From positions 128,001 to 192,000 of the forward strand of contig CAVVXN010000003.1 of the NCBI GenBank assembly GCA_963752285.1: a stretch of 64,000 bases of DNA, in the 5' to 3' direction. Both the position numbers and the translations under genes were made by a program. The DNA comes from an uncultured Planctomycetota bacterium. GTDB lineage: Bacteria > Planctomycetota > PLA2 > JAEUHO01. Of this stretch, positions 13,274 through 23,755 are shown piece after piece; position 1 is the stretch's first letter, and the number at the start of each line of letters is the position of its first letter. Under the pieces are notes generated by a model, which saw only the letters and a program-made list of their open reading frames with translations, had not been told where the DNA came from and made no database searches.

Positions 13274-14580
13274 ACGCGGACCGACCGGAGGACGACGGCG
13301 CGCTGCGGCGCGAGCTCGCCCGGGCGCGCCGGCTCGTGGAGGCCTCGTACGCGCTCCACACGACGCTCGACCTCGACGAGCTGCTGAGCCTCATCCTCGA
13401 CGCGGCGCGGGGCGGGGTGGACGCCGAGCGGGGGACGGTCTTCCTCTTGACGCCCGAGGGCGACCAGCTCTGGTCGCGCGTCGCGAGCGGCGACGAGAGC
13501 CTCGAGATCCACCTGCCCGTGGGGCAGGGGATCGCCGGGAGCGTCGCGGCGACCGGCAAGACGCTGAACCTCGACGACGCGTACGCCGACCCGCGCTTCG
13601 ACCGGTCGTGGGACGCCAAGTCGGGATTCCGCACGCGCCAGCTCCTGACCGCGCCGATCCGCAACCGCGAGGGCCAGGTCGTCGGCGTGTTCCAGCTCCT
13701 GAACAAGCGGCACGGGCGGTTCGACCGGGAGGACGAGGGGTTCCTCGACGCGCTCTCCATGCACGCCGCGCTGGCGGTCGAGAACGCGCGGCTGCACCGC
13801 GCCGCGCTGGAGAAGGAGCGACAGGACCGCGAGATCCGGCTCGTGCAGAAGGTGCAGCGCGCCTACCAGCCCGAGCGGCTCGACCTGTCGCGGGGCGTGC
13901 TCCAGTGCTCCGGCTTGAACCAGCTCTGCGAGCACGCGAGCGGAGACTACTACGACGCGTTCGAGCTTCCCGACGGCCGCGGTGTGGTGGTGATCGGCGA
14001 CGTGTCGGGGCACGGGCTGGGCGCCGCGCTCGTGATGGCGCAGGCCCGCGCGCTCCTCCACGCGCTCGCGCCGACGTGCCCCGACCCCCCGCAGCTCGTC
14101 GCGATGCTGAACGACTTCCTCGCCCGGGACATGACGGACGGTCGCTTCATGACCCTGTTCGTCACGGTCGTGGATCTCGCGACCGGCACGCTCGAGTGGA
14201 ACAGCGCGGGCCATCCGCCCCCGCTCCTGGTCCGCGCCGCGACGGGCGCGGTCGAACGCCTCGGCGCGCAGGGGCTCGTCCTGGGCGTGCTCCGCGGGGC
14301 GACGTACCCCGCGACCGAGCCCTGCCGGCTGGAGCCCGGCGACGTCCTCCTCCTCTACACGGACGGCGCCACGGAGGCGCGCGACCCCGGGGGGCAGATG
14401 CTCGAGGAGGCCGGACTCGCGCGCGTCCTCGCCTCGCTCGCGGGACGGGACGCGCCCGGGGTCCTCGACGGGATCCGCGACGCGCTCGTCGAGTGGACGG
14501 GCCGCACGAGCTTCGACGACGACCTCACGCTCGTCGCCCTGAGGCGGGTGGCGTCCGATCAGGCCCCGGCCGCGTCGTAG
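13270..14580 (+). CDS. GAF domain + SpoIIE/PP2C phosphatase (RsbU-like)
   Basis: GAF motifs ([17 protein letters not shown]) then SGDYYD, GDVSGHG, NSAGH, LYTDG, DDLT. Confidence 0.9.
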   Translation: MNADRPEDDGALRRELARARRLVEASYALHTTLDLDELLSLILDAARGGVDAERGTVFLLTPEGDQLWSRVASGDESLEIHLPVGQGIAGSVAATGKTLNLDDAYADPRFDRSWDAKSGFRTRQLLTAPIRNREGQVVGVFQLLNKRHGRFDREDEGFLDALSMHAALAVENARLHRAALEKERQDREIRLVQKVQRAYQPERLDLSRGVLQCSGLNQLCEHASGDYYDAFELPDGRGVVVIGDVSGHGLGAALVMAQARALLHALAPTCPDPPQLVAMLNDFLARDMTDGRFMTLFVTVVDLATGTLEWNSAGHPPPLLVRAATGAVERLGAQGLVLGVLRGATYPATEPCRLEPGDVLLLYTDGATEARDPGGQMLEEAGLARVLASLAGRDAPGVLDGIRDALVEWTGRTSFDDDLTLVALRRVASDQAPAAS

Positions 14581-15806
14581 AGGCGGACCTCCACCTCCGC
14601 GCCCTCCGCGTAGCCCTCGAGGTCCCGCGGCACGAGCAGGTAGCCGTCCGCCTCGGTCGTGGACGAGAGGATGGACGCCCCGCGCGCCATGATCGGTCGG
14701 GCCTCCGCGCCGGCGACCGCCACCCGCACGTAGTCCACGCGGCCGAGCGCGCTCGCGACCTTCGCCACGAGCCGCACGCGGCGGCGCGGGTACGGCGGCT
14801 CCGGGCCCCGGCCCGCGAGGCGGCGGACGAGACGGCCGGCGAAGAGGTCGTACGCGCACAGGCACGACACCGGGTTCCCGGGGAGCAGGAACACCGCGCG
14901 GCCGCCCAGCCGGCCCGCACCCGCCGGCGAAGCGGGCCGGAGCGCCACCCCGTGGAAGCGGAGCTCCCCGTCGCGGGCCAGGATCGTCGGCGCGTGGTCC
15001 TCCTGGCCAACGCTCGAGCCGCCCGTGACGAGGAGCGCGTCCCCCGGCGCCTCCGCCATCGCGCGGGCCACCTCGACGGCGTCGTCGCGGACCCGTTGCG
15101 CGAGGGCCACCTCGCCGCCGTCGCGCCGGACGAGCGCCGCGAGCATCGGCGAGTTCGCGTCGGCGATCGACGATCCCGACGGGCGTGTCCCGGGCGGGAG
15201 GAGCTCGTCGCCCGTCGCCACGATCGCGACCCGGGGCCGCCGACGGACCCCGAGCGTGCCCCGCCCCACGGAGGCGGCGAGCCCCACGTCCTGCGGGCGG
15301 AGGCAGCGGCCCGCGGCGAGGAGCAGACGCCCGGCGCGAACGTCTTCCCCGCGGGGGCCCACGTGCCGTCCGGGCGGGACGCCCGCGCGCGCCTCGAGGG
15401 CGGCGTCGCGCTCCTCGCCGTGCTCCGCCGGCAGCACGGCGTCCGCGCCCGCCGGCATCGGCGCGCCGGTCATGATGCGCACGGCCTCGCCCGGCCCCAC
15501 GGCGCACGGGCACGGTCGTCCGGGGAGCGCGACCCCGACGACGGAGAGGGGGAGCGCCTCGGTCTCGCTCGCGCCGAGCGTGTCGGCGCCCCGGACCGCC
15601 CACCCGTCCATCTGGGCCCGGTCGAACGAGGGCACGTCCACGTCGCTTCGGAGGTCCTCGGCGAGGACGCGGCCCGCGGCCTCCTCGAGCGCGGCGGGCC
15701 CGACGTCGAGCGCCACGTCGAGCCCGTCCACCCAGGCCTGGAGCTCCTCGACGGTCCGCCGGTCCCGGAACCCGCGCATGCGGACGTCTTCGGGGCCCGA
15801 CGCCAC
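14559..15806 (-). CDS. moeA: Molybdopterin molybdotransferase
   Basis: PSFDRAQMDGWAV, IMTGAPMP.GADAV, TGDEL, TGGSSVG, LPGNPVS. Confidence 0.92.
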   Translation of the reverse strand: MASGPEDVRMRGFRDRRTVEELQAWVDGLDVALDVGPAALEEAAGRVLAEDLRSDVDVPSFDRAQMDGWAVRGADTLGASETEALPLSVVGVALPGRPCPCAVGPGEAVRIMTGAPMPAGADAVLPAEHGEERDAALEARAGVPPGRHVGPRGEDVRAGRLLLAAGRCLRPQDVGLAASVGRGTLGVRRRPRVAIVATGDELLPPGTRPSGSSIADANSPMLAALVRRDGGEVALAQRVRDDAVEVARAMAEAPGDALLVTGGSSVGQEDHAPTILARDGELRFHGVALRPASPAGAGRLGGRAVFLLPGNPVSCLCAYDLFAGRLVRRLAGRGPEPPYPRRRVRLVAKVASALGRVDYVRVAVAGAEARPIMARGASILSSTTEADGYLLVPRDLEGYAEGAEVEVRLYDAAGA

Positions 15807-17435
15807 CTACGGGCCGGGCTCGGGAGACGTCTCGGGGAACCGCGCGGCCACGGCCGGGAAGAGCCGGAACAGCGCGGTGGCGGGGCTCAGCGCCACCTGT
15901 CCGAGGCCGCAGATGGACGTGAGTCGCAAGGTCTCCTCGAGCTCCTCCAGGAGCGCGCGCTCGCCGCCCACGGCGCGGCCCTCGAGGACGCGGTCGAGGA
16001 TCTCGACGCCCTTTGCCGAGCCGACGCGGCACGGCACGCACTTGCCGCACGACTCGTTCTCGAAGAACCGGACGACGTTCGTCGCGAGGTCGAGGAGGTC
16101 CGTGCCCTCCGCCACGACGAGGACGGCTCCGCTCCCGAGCATGCTGCCGGCCTTCTGGACGGACTCGAAGTCGAGGGGCACGTCGGCGAGCGACGCCGGG
16201 AGGAACGGCGCGCTGGCGCCGCCCGGCGAGAACGCGAGCATCGGCGCGCCGCCGCGCATCCCGCCGCCGTGCCGGTCCACGAGCTCCCGGACGGTCGTAC
16301 CGAGCGGGACGCAGTACACGCCCGGTCGCTCCACGTGTCCGCAGAGCGAGAGGAACTTCCAACCCGACGCGCCGTTCACGCCGTGCGCGCGCCAGCCCTC
16401 GGCGCCTTCCGCCAGGATGGTCGGGACGTACGAGTAGGTCTCGACGTTGTTGATGAGCGTGGGGCGTCCGAAGAGGCCGTGGTCTCCGGGGTACGGGGGC
16501 TTGTTCCTCGGCTCGCCGCGCTTGCCCTCGAGCGCCTCGAGGAGCGCGGTCTCCTCGCCCAAGATGTACCCGCCGGGCGAGACGAACACCTCGACCGAGA
16601 CGCCGGCCCGTTCGAGGATCCCCGCGTCCCGGGCGCGCGCGACCTCGCGCTCGACGGCCTTCGTCTCGCGCGTGTACTCGTGCCGCACGTAGATCGTGGC
16701 GTGAGAGGCGCCGGTCACCACGCATCCGAGCAGGAGCCCCTCGAGCACGAGGTGCGGCAGCTCTTCGAGGACGACGCGGTCCTTGAACGTCCCGGGCTCG
16801 GACTCGTCCGCGTTCACGATCGCGTGCTTCGGCTGGCCCTTCGCGTCGCGCACGAGACGCCACTTCACCCCGGTCGGGAACCCGGCGCCCCCCATGCCAC
16901 GCAGGCCCGCGCGCTCGAGCGCCGCGGGGATCTCCGTCCGCGCGCGCTCGGGGTCGGCGAGCGCGCGCTCGAGCATGGCGTAGCGCTTCGACGCGTCCGG
17001 ATAGGGGTCGGAGGGCCAGCGCTTCGGCGCGCTCGTCGGCTCGTCGGGCGGCAAGGGGCGCTCGCCCCGGGCCGTCGCCGCGACGTCGGCGGCCGAGACG
17101 GGTCCGAGCGGCACGTCGTCGACCGACGCCGCGGGGGCGTGCTCGCATCGTCCGAGGCACGACACCTCGCGGACCTCCACGCCGGACGCGCCGGCGAGCG
17201 CGGCCCGGACCTCGCGCGCGAAGCCGCGCGCGCCCGCCAAGTGGCACGCCGCGTCGCGGCAGAGCGAGACCGTCGTCTGGGGCGGCGGCGCGAGTCGATA
17301 GTGCGGATAGAAGCTCGCGACCTCCTGCAGGCGGTAGAGCGGGACGCCCTCCTCCTCCGCGAAGCGCCGGAGCGCGTCTTCGGGGAGCCAGCCGAGTCGA
17401 TGCTGGATCTCGTTCAGGCGAAGCAGGAGGTTCAT
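15807..17435 (-). CDS. Fused NuoE/NuoF-like NAD(H) diaphorase subunit (HoxF/FdsGB-like)
   Basis: 2Fe-2S CRDAAC...CLGRC; GLRGMGGAGFPTG, NADESEPGTFKD, GEETALLEALEG, 4Fe-4S ESCGKCVPC...SICGLG. Confidence 0.88.
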   Translation of the reverse strand: MNLLLRLNEIQHRLGWLPEDALRRFAEEEGVPLYRLQEVASFYPHYRLAPPPQTTVSLCRDAACHLAGARGFAREVRAALAGASGVEVREVSCLGRCEHAPAASVDDVPLGPVSAADVAATARGERPLPPDEPTSAPKRWPSDPYPDASKRYAMLERALADPERARTEIPAALERAGLRGMGGAGFPTGVKWRLVRDAKGQPKHAIVNADESEPGTFKDRVVLEELPHLVLEGLLLGCVVTGASHATIYVRHEYTRETKAVEREVARARDAGILERAGVSVEVFVSPGGYILGEETALLEALEGKRGEPRNKPPYPGDHGLFGRPTLINNVETYSYVPTILAEGAEGWRAHGVNGASGWKFLSLCGHVERPGVYCVPLGTTVRELVDRHGGGMRGGAPMLAFSPGGASAPFLPASLADVPLDFESVQKAGSMLGSGAVLVVAEGTDLLDLATNVVRFFENESCGKCVPCRVGSAKGVEILDRVLEGRAVGGERALLEELEETLRLTSICGLGQVALSPATALFRLFPAVAARFPETSPEPGP

Positions 17436-17522
17436 CGGGCGGAGGATACCGCCATCCGGGAGAACGGGGGCGGCCGGGGGCAGGCGCCGGGAGGCGTCCG
17501 GACCTCGGTCGCCGAGCCGAGC

Positions 17523-18461
17523 TCAGGCCTCGGGCCCGTGCTTCTGGAGGAACGCGTCGAACGTGGCCCGATCGGCGTAGCCCGCGCGCGCGCCGAGCGA
17601 CGTCGTGGAGTGCGCGGCGTACACGCACGCCTCCGGCACGGCGTCGGAGAGCGGGCGCCCCTCGGAGAGCAGGGCCGCGAGCGCGCCCACGAAGGCGTCG
17701 CCCGCACCCGTCGCGTCCACGGAGCGCACCTCGGGTGACCGCGCGTGCTCGATCCGGCCACGGTCCACGTAGAGCGCGCCCTCGGCCCCGAGCGTGATGA
17801 TCGGGCTCGAGACGCCGAGGTCCCGGATCGCGCGCAGCGCGGCCATCGCGTCGTCGATGCCGCTGATGCCGACCTCCGCGAGGAGCTCCGCCTCGGTCTC
17901 GTTCACGACGAGCAGGTCGAACCCCGCCGCGAGCTCGCGTGCGTCCGAGCGCACGGGCGCGGCGTTGAGGATCGACGTCGCGCCGGTCGCGTTCGCGATC
18001 TCGGCCACCGCGCGCACCGCCTCGGCCGGGACCTCGAGCTGCGTGACGAGCACGCGAGCCGACTCGAGCCGCGGCCGAAACGGCTCGAGGTCCGCGGTGC
18101 GCAGGCGGTCGTTCGCGCCGGGATACACGGCGATCATGTTCTCGCCCTTGCCCTTCGACTCCACGACGACGGCCGCGTGGCCCGTCGCGGCGTCGGGCGT
18201 GACGAGCCACGCGAGCTCCACGCCGTTCGCCTCGAGGTCCCGGCGCGCGGCGCGCCCGGCCTCGTCGTCACCCACGCGCGCCACGAGCAGGGTCGGTGCG
18301 CCGAGCCGGCGCGCGGCCGTGGCCTGGTTCGCCCCCTTGCCTCCGGGGGCGAAGATCGGCGTGCGCGAGATCGCGCTCTCCCCGGGGAGAGGCAGGGCCT
18401 CCACCCGGAAGACGTGGTCTTCGATGACGCTCCCGACGACGGCGACCAGGTTCCCGGGCAT
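17523..18461 (-). CDS. rbsK: Ribokinase (PfkB family)
   Basis: GGKGANQA, QLE, NAAP, NETE, DATGAGDAF. Confidence 0.88.
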   Translation of the reverse strand: MPGNLVAVVGSVIEDHVFRVEALPLPGESAISRTPIFAPGGKGANQATAARRLGAPTLLVARVGDDEAGRAARRDLEANGVELAWLVTPDAATGHAAVVVESKGKGENMIAVYPGANDRLRTADLEPFRPRLESARVLVTQLEVPAEAVRAVAEIANATGATSILNAAPVRSDARELAAGFDLLVVNETEAELLAEVGISGIDDAMAALRAIRDLGVSSPIITLGAEGALYVDRGRIEHARSPEVRSVDATGAGDAFVGALAALLSEGRPLSDAVPEACVYAAHSTTSLGARAGYADRATFDAFLQKHGPEA

Positions 18462-18566
18462 GTGTCCCTCCACCCGCGGAAACCAAGTTACCGGAGCGGG
18501 GGCCGCGCGTCTCGGGCGTAGATCCGTTCCGCCCGTGTTCTCCGGGCCGCCCCGGAGCGGACCGCC

Positions 18567-19805
18567 TCACCGCGGGCGGGCGTGCCGGAGCGCCTCGACC
18601 TCGTCGAGCCACGCGCGCACCCGGTCCGGGAACGGCGCGCCGAAGGCGAGGGCCACGATCTCCGACTCGAGTCGGCCCGTGGACGGGAGCGCCACGGCCG
18701 CGCCGTGACCCGCCGTCGCGATCTCGTCGAAGTGCTCGACCCGCTCCGGCGTGGTCGAGACCGTGTGGACGACCACGGGGTGGTCGTAGAGCGGGTCGTC
18801 CCGCGCCGAGGCGAGGCGTCGCACGAGGCCGGCCACGTCGCCCTCGTGCGGCGGGGCGTCTCCGATCACCACGATCACGCGGTACGCGCGGCGGCTCCAG
18901 CCGAGCGCCTCCTGGCGCAGCGCGAGGTAGATGCCCTGGTCCACGCCCTCCTCGTAGTCGCCGCCGCCCCCGGCCCCGACCCGCGAGAACGCCTTCTCGA
19001 GGGCGCCTCCGTCGGGCGTGAGCTCGATGCGGAGCCGCGCCTGGTCGTCGTACGTGACGAGACCGGCCCGGAATCGGGGAACGAGCCAGGCGAGGCGCGC
19101 CACGAGCGTGGCGGCCCGCCGGGTCGCCTCGCCGATGTACGGCCCCATCGAGCCCGTGCTGTCGATCACGATCACGAGGTCGAGACCGTCCCGGCGGACC
19201 TCGCGCGCGTGCTCGACGAGGTCCGGAGGGGGTGGGGCGGCCGCCGTCCCCGAGCCCGGCGCGGTCCGGGGCGCGTTCTCCCGGGCCGCCCGCCGCGCCG
19301 CGAGCAGCGTTCGCTGCGCCTCGTCGAGCGACGCGCGGCTCTCGAGCCACCACCGCTCCCAGGCGTGCGCGTCGCGCCCGGGCTCCGTCCCCCCGAGCGA
19401 CCGGAGCACCGCGGCCGCGCGGTCCCGGACGAGGGGGTGACGGTGGGAGAGGAGGCGCAGGAGCAGACCCGGAAGCATCGCGCCCCCCTCCGCGACGAGG
19501 TCGGGTCGCGCCCGGCCCTCGAGGCTCCCCAGGAGACATCCGAGGACCGTGTCCTCGCGCTCCGGCGCGAGCGCGCCGGCGAGGAGGTGGACCGCGCCGT
19601 CCTCCGCGTGGTGTCGAAGCTCGAAGGCCGCGAGCGCCCTCAAGACGGGGTCCGGGTCGGCGAGGGCCGACCGGAAGGTCTCGAGCGCCGGGTCCACGTG
19701 GACCGCGCCGGGCGCCGCGCCGTCCGCGCCGCGGGCGTTCGGTCCGAGGAGGGCGAGCGCGAGCGCGGACAAAAGAGCGCCTCGAACGAGGAGGGGGGCG
19801 TGCAT
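18567..19805 (-). CDS. Secreted HEAT-repeat + VWA domain protein
   Basis: Signal-like N-terminus, HEAT-like LADPDPVLRALAA, MIDAS DSTGS, IGDAPPH. Confidence 0.8.
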   Translation of the reverse strand: MHAPLLVRGALLSALALALLGPNARGADGAAPGAVHVDPALETFRSALADPDPVLRALAAFELRHHAEDGAVHLLAGALAPEREDTVLGCLLGSLEGRARPDLVAEGGAMLPGLLLRLLSHRHPLVRDRAAAVLRSLGGTEPGRDAHAWERWWLESRASLDEAQRTLLAARRAARENAPRTAPGSGTAAAPPPPDLVEHAREVRRDGLDLVIVIDSTGSMGPYIGEATRRAATLVARLAWLVPRFRAGLVTYDDQARLRIELTPDGGALEKAFSRVGAGGGGDYEEGVDQGIYLALRQEALGWSRRAYRVIVVIGDAPPHEGDVAGLVRRLASARDDPLYDHPVVVHTVSTTPERVEHFDEIATAGHGAAVALPSTGRLESEIVALAFGAPFPDRVRAWLDEVEALRHARPR

Positions 19806-19818
19806 GCGGAGAACGATG

Positions 19819-20478
19819 TCAACGCGGAGGGGACGAGATCCGCAGCACGATCCGTACGACCTCCACGTGGTCCCCGGGCCCGGCGTCTTCGACGTGTGCG
19901 GTGAGCCGCCCGCCGACGCGTCCGACCTGGCGGCGGTCCCTCGGCGCGTCGAAGACGGCGACGGCACCGAGCTCGACGTCGCCCGAGGCGGGAAGCGCCT
20001 CCCCCTCGCGCGGGGGGGAGGCCGTGCGAACCTCGCCGCCGCCGAGGCCGGGTCTCGTCCAGACCACCGGGACCCAGGTGTCGTACGACTCGTGCTCGAA
20101 CGCGCCGTCGACCCGCACCGGGTGGGGCTCGGTTCGACCGGCGGCCTCGGCGTCCTGCGGCGGGACGCGCGTTGCGGAGCGCTCGGGCTCGACGGCGCGG
20201 ATCGCCCATTCGAGCGGAAGCACCGCGCCGGCGTGCACGGTCCGCTCGGCGAGCACGTGGGGGTCCTCGCCCTCCTCCAGGGCGACGAGCTCGAAGCGCG
20301 CGGCGGCGGGGACCTCGACGATGGCCGCGATCGCGTGGGGGAGGCCGGTCGCCTTCGTCAGGCGCCAGGTGGGCGACTGCGGGGGCGGCGCCGGGGCCTC
20401 TGTCCGCCCGTCCGGCCCGCCGCATCCGGCCGCCACGAGCGCGACGACGAGGGCGGCGAGGAACGGAGGTCTCGGCAT
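19819..20478 (-). CDS. Hypothetical lipoprotein
   Basis: MPRPPFLAALVVALVAAGC lipoprotein signal; co-oriented 13 bp upstream of the VWA gene. Confidence 0.5.
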   Translation of the reverse strand: MPRPPFLAALVVALVAAGCGGPDGRTEAPAPPPQSPTWRLTKATGLPHAIAAIVEVPAAARFELVALEEGEDPHVLAERTVHAGAVLPLEWAIRAVEPERSATRVPPQDAEAAGRTEPHPVRVDGAFEHESYDTWVPVVWTRPGLGGGEVRTASPPREGEALPASGDVELGAVAVFDAPRDRRQVGRVGGRLTAHVEDAGPGDHVEVVRIVLRISSPPR

Positions 20479-20552
20479 GACCACACTCCAGCATCTCCGC
20501 GAGGGGCACCCCACAAGGGGCCGCCCGGTCCCGCGGGTAGCATCCCGGCGAC

Positions 20553-22643
20553 ATGACCTCGACGCCCCGCCGGCCCTTCCTCCTCGCCCTGCTCGTCCTG
20601 ACGCTGGCCCTGCCGATCCTGGGCGCGCCCGCGCGCGCCGAGTCCGGCGAGGAGACGCCGCTCCGGACCGAGCGCTGGTACGAGATCCTCCTCCGGGGCC
20701 AGAAGCTCGGCCACCAGAAGGTGGTGTGGGCCCCCTCCACCTGGGAGGGCAAGAAGACGGTCCACGACACGACGGTGGTCACCGAGACGAGCGTCCGCGA
20801 CATGCTCGGCACCAAGGACGTGTTCGAGGTGGTGACGACCATCGACCTCGAACGGGGCGACGACGGCACGCTCTGGTGGATGAAGACGGCGGTCGAGGAG
20901 GCGGACCGCACCGTCGTCACGGAGTGGACCTGGACCGGCAAGGGCTATCTGTGGGTCTCGCGGTTCAAGACGGAGGAACGGATCGAGGTGCCGGCGGACG
21001 CCCCGGTGCCCGCGGACGCGGAGGCGTTCCTCGGCGCGCGCGTCCGCGCGGGCGCGGTCCACGTCGGCGACCGCTTCGCGCTCCCCGTCCTCGACGTGAC
21101 GGCGCGCAAGGTCGCGACGGACCGGCTCGAGGTCGTCGGGCGGGAGGACGTCCTCGACCCGAGCCGGGGGGAGGCGGCGAGGGTCGGCGCGTTCGTCGTG
21201 AAGCAGACCGACCCGGAGAGCGGCGAGGTCTCCCGCATCTGGATCGACGACGAGGGCGCGTTCGTCCGCATCGTCAGCGACCGCGGACAGGTGTGGCAGC
21301 GCGTCGCGCGGGACGCGGCGGAGCGACGCGCGGTCCAGCCCGCCGAGTCGCCCATCACGACCCCCTCCAAGCCGCAGCTCGAGCGCGTCATGAGCGCCGA
21401 TCGCCTGTGGCTCGACGTCCACGTTCAGAGCGACCCCGACCGCGCGCGTCCCGAGCTCCCCGACTCCCCGTGGAGCCGGGTGGCGGGTTTGGAGGGGAGC
21501 GACGAGGCCGGGTGGGTCTACCACCTCGTGCTCTCGCGCTACGACGACCCCTCCGCCGACACGACCCTTCCGATCGCGCCCGAGGGCTTCGAGCGAGACC
21601 TCGAGGCGACGGTCCTGATGCAGACGGAGGACCCGCGCGTCGTGAAGCTCGCTCGCTCGATCGTCGGCACCGAGAAGAGCGCCCGGCGGGCGTCCTACCT
21701 CCTCGCGCGCTACGTGTTCGAGCACCTGGAGAAGGAGAGCACGGCGGTCGGTCAGGCGAGCGCGCTCGAGATCCTCGATTGCGGTCAGGGCGACTGCTCG
21801 GAGCACGCGTTGCTCTTCGTCACGCTCTGCCGCGCCGTCGGCATCCCGGCGCGCATCTGCAGCGGATACGTCTGCGTCGGCTCGGACTGGGGCGCGCACT
21901 CGTGGGCGGAGATCTGGGTGGGGCGCTGGATCTCGTCGGACCCGACGACCGGCGAGATCGGCGGCGCCGCGCGGTACGTGTTCTTCGGGTACCCCGACCG
22001 CCCCGACAGCCATCCCGGCCTCGTGTCGGCCCGCGCGACGGGTCGGATGCGGATCGTGGCCACGCGGATCCAGGAGGGGGAGCAGACCTTCGACCTCACG
22101 GACCCCGCGGGGTGGCAGGTCCACGACCTGGAGCACCACAGGTTCGTGAACGTGCTCGCGGGCATCGAGGTCCGTGACGCGCCCGACGACTGGGTCGTGC
22201 GCATGGTCTCTCCCGACGGCTGCTACCTGCGCGCTCCGGGTCTCCGCGTCGAGGTCCGCGCGAGCGCGGACCAGGGCTACACGCTCGCCAGGCTGGGCGG
22301 CGCCAGCGGGACCTTCGCCGGGGCGCCGGCGAGGATCCTCCGATACGGGGACCAGCCGGTCCGCGTCCTCGTGCAGAGCCGGCGCCGCATCCTCACGTTC
22401 CTGATCGAGGCGGACGACATCGACGGTTCCATCGCCGCGCTCGAACGCGCGTTCGCCCCGACCTTCGCCGCGCGCCCGACCGCGTTCGTGCCGCCCGAGA
22501 AGCGCGAGCCCGAGCCGGTCGCGAAGGACCGCGCGCCGAAGGAGGCGCCCGACGGCGTTCGTCCCGGGAAGGACGACAAGGACGCGAAGGACGCGAAGGA
22601 CGCGAAGGACGACGCGCCGCCCCCGGCGCGCGGCGAGCGCTAA
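20553..22643 (+). CDS. Secreted transglutaminase-like domain protein
   Basis: Signal peptide; catalytic triad GDCSEH / HSWAEIW / DPT. Confidence 0.85.
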   Translation: MTSTPRRPFLLALLVLTLALPILGAPARAESGEETPLRTERWYEILLRGQKLGHQKVVWAPSTWEGKKTVHDTTVVTETSVRDMLGTKDVFEVVTTIDLERGDDGTLWWMKTAVEEADRTVVTEWTWTGKGYLWVSRFKTEERIEVPADAPVPADAEAFLGARVRAGAVHVGDRFALPVLDVTARKVATDRLEVVGREDVLDPSRGEAARVGAFVVKQTDPESGEVSRIWIDDEGAFVRIVSDRGQVWQRVARDAAERRAVQPAESPITTPSKPQLERVMSADRLWLDVHVQSDPDRARPELPDSPWSRVAGLEGSDEAGWVYHLVLSRYDDPSADTTLPIAPEGFERDLEATVLMQTEDPRVVKLARSIVGTEKSARRASYLLARYVFEHLEKESTAVGQASALEILDCGQGDCSEHALLFVTLCRAVGIPARICSGYVCVGSDWGAHSWAEIWVGRWISSDPTTGEIGGAARYVFFGYPDRPDSHPGLVSARATGRMRIVATRIQEGEQTFDLTDPAGWQVHDLEHHRFVNVLAGIEVRDAPDDWVVRMVSPDGCYLRAPGLRVEVRASADQGYTLARLGGASGTFAGAPARILRYGDQPVRVLVQSRRRILTFLIEADDIDGSIAALERAFAPTFAARPTAFVPPEKREPEPVAKDRAPKEAPDGVRPGKDDKDAKDAKDAKDDAPPPARGER
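22569..22613 (+). repeat. In-frame 9-bp tandem repeat (AAGGACGAC/AAGGACGCG x5) encoding KDDKDAKDAKDAKDD
   Basis: Five consecutive 9-mers visible in the 3' end of the transglutaminase gene. Confidence 0.8.
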
Positions 22644-22717
22644 GGCCCGCCGCGGACCCGGGACCGTCGCTCGTCCGCGCGCCGCCGGGCGCGTCGGGTC
22701 CGGGTACCGTACGCGCC

Positions 22718-23671
22718 ATGAAGTACCGGGCGCTCGGTCGATCGGGCCTGAAGGTGAGCCGGGTGGTGCTCGGGTCCTGGCTCACCTTCGGCTCGTCCGT
22801 CGATCGCAGGACGACCGTCTCCACGGTCCGCGCGGCGCTCGACCGGGGCATCCAGACGTTCGACACCGCGGACGTCTACGCGCGCGGCGAGGCGGAGCGC
22901 GTGTTGGGCGAGGCGCTGCGCGGCGTGGACCGGACCTCGATCGTGCTCGCCAGCAAGTGCTTCTGGCCGATGGGATCGGGGCCGAACGACCGCGGCCTCT
23001 CGCGGAAGCACGTGACGGAGTCGGTCGAGGCGAGCCTCCAGCGCCTCGGGACCGACTACCTCGACCTCTACCAGTGCCACCGCTACGACACGGAGACGCC
23101 GCTCGAGGAGACCGTTCGGGCGTTCGAGGACCTGGTGCGACACGGGAAGGTCCTCTACTGGGGCGTCTCGGTCTGGTCCGGTGGGCAGATCGAGGAGGCG
23201 ATTCGTCTCGCGCGCGACGCGAACGGGTACGGGCCGGTCTCGAACCAGCCCCCCTACAACCTGCTCGAGCGTGACATCGAGGAGGAGGTGCTGCCCGTCT
23301 GCCGCCGGCTCGGCGTCGGCCAGATCGTCTTCTCCCCGCTCGCGCAGGGCGTGCTCACGGGCAAGTACGAGGGCGGCGTGCGCCCGGAGGGAAGCCGGGC
23401 CGCGGACCCGGAGCGCGGCGTGTTCATGAAGCGGTACCTCGCGCCCGAGGCGGCCGCGCGCGTCGCGCGGTTCGTGGCGCTGGCCGAGGAGGCGGGCGTC
23501 ACGCCGGCGCGGCTCGCGCTCGCATCGCTGCTCGCCCGACCCGGGATCGACGCGGTGATCGTCGGCGCGACGAATCCCGACCACGTCGAGGAGAACGCGG
23601 CCGCGGTGGACGTCGTGATCGACGGTGACCTCGCCCGCCGACTGGACGAGATCTTCCCGCCCGGTCGATGA
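22718..23671 (+). CDS. Aldo/keto reductase (Kv-beta/Tas-like)
   Basis: LGRSGLKVS, FDTADVY, GLSRKH, DYLDLYQCH, SPLAQGVLTGKY. Confidence 0.92.
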   Translation: MKYRALGRSGLKVSRVVLGSWLTFGSSVDRRTTVSTVRAALDRGIQTFDTADVYARGEAERVLGEALRGVDRTSIVLASKCFWPMGSGPNDRGLSRKHVTESVEASLQRLGTDYLDLYQCHRYDTETPLEETVRAFEDLVRHGKVLYWGVSVWSGGQIEEAIRLARDANGYGPVSNQPPYNLLERDIEEEVLPVCRRLGVGQIVFSPLAQGVLTGKYEGGVRPEGSRAADPERGVFMKRYLAPEAAARVARFVALAEEAGVTPARLALASLLARPGIDAVIVGATNPDHVEENAAAVDVVIDGDLARRLDEIFPPGR

Positions 23672-23755
23672 GCCCGGGCGGGGCCGCGCGGGGCGCGACG
23701 GTCCACGGACCGACCGCGCCCGGGAGGCGCGTCCCGTTGGCGGCGCCTCGCGCCG

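Noticed and set aside
22569..22613. 9-bp repeat as a phase-variation switch
   Set aside because: The unit is a multiple of three and lies in a disordered C-terminal tail, so slippage would not change frame.
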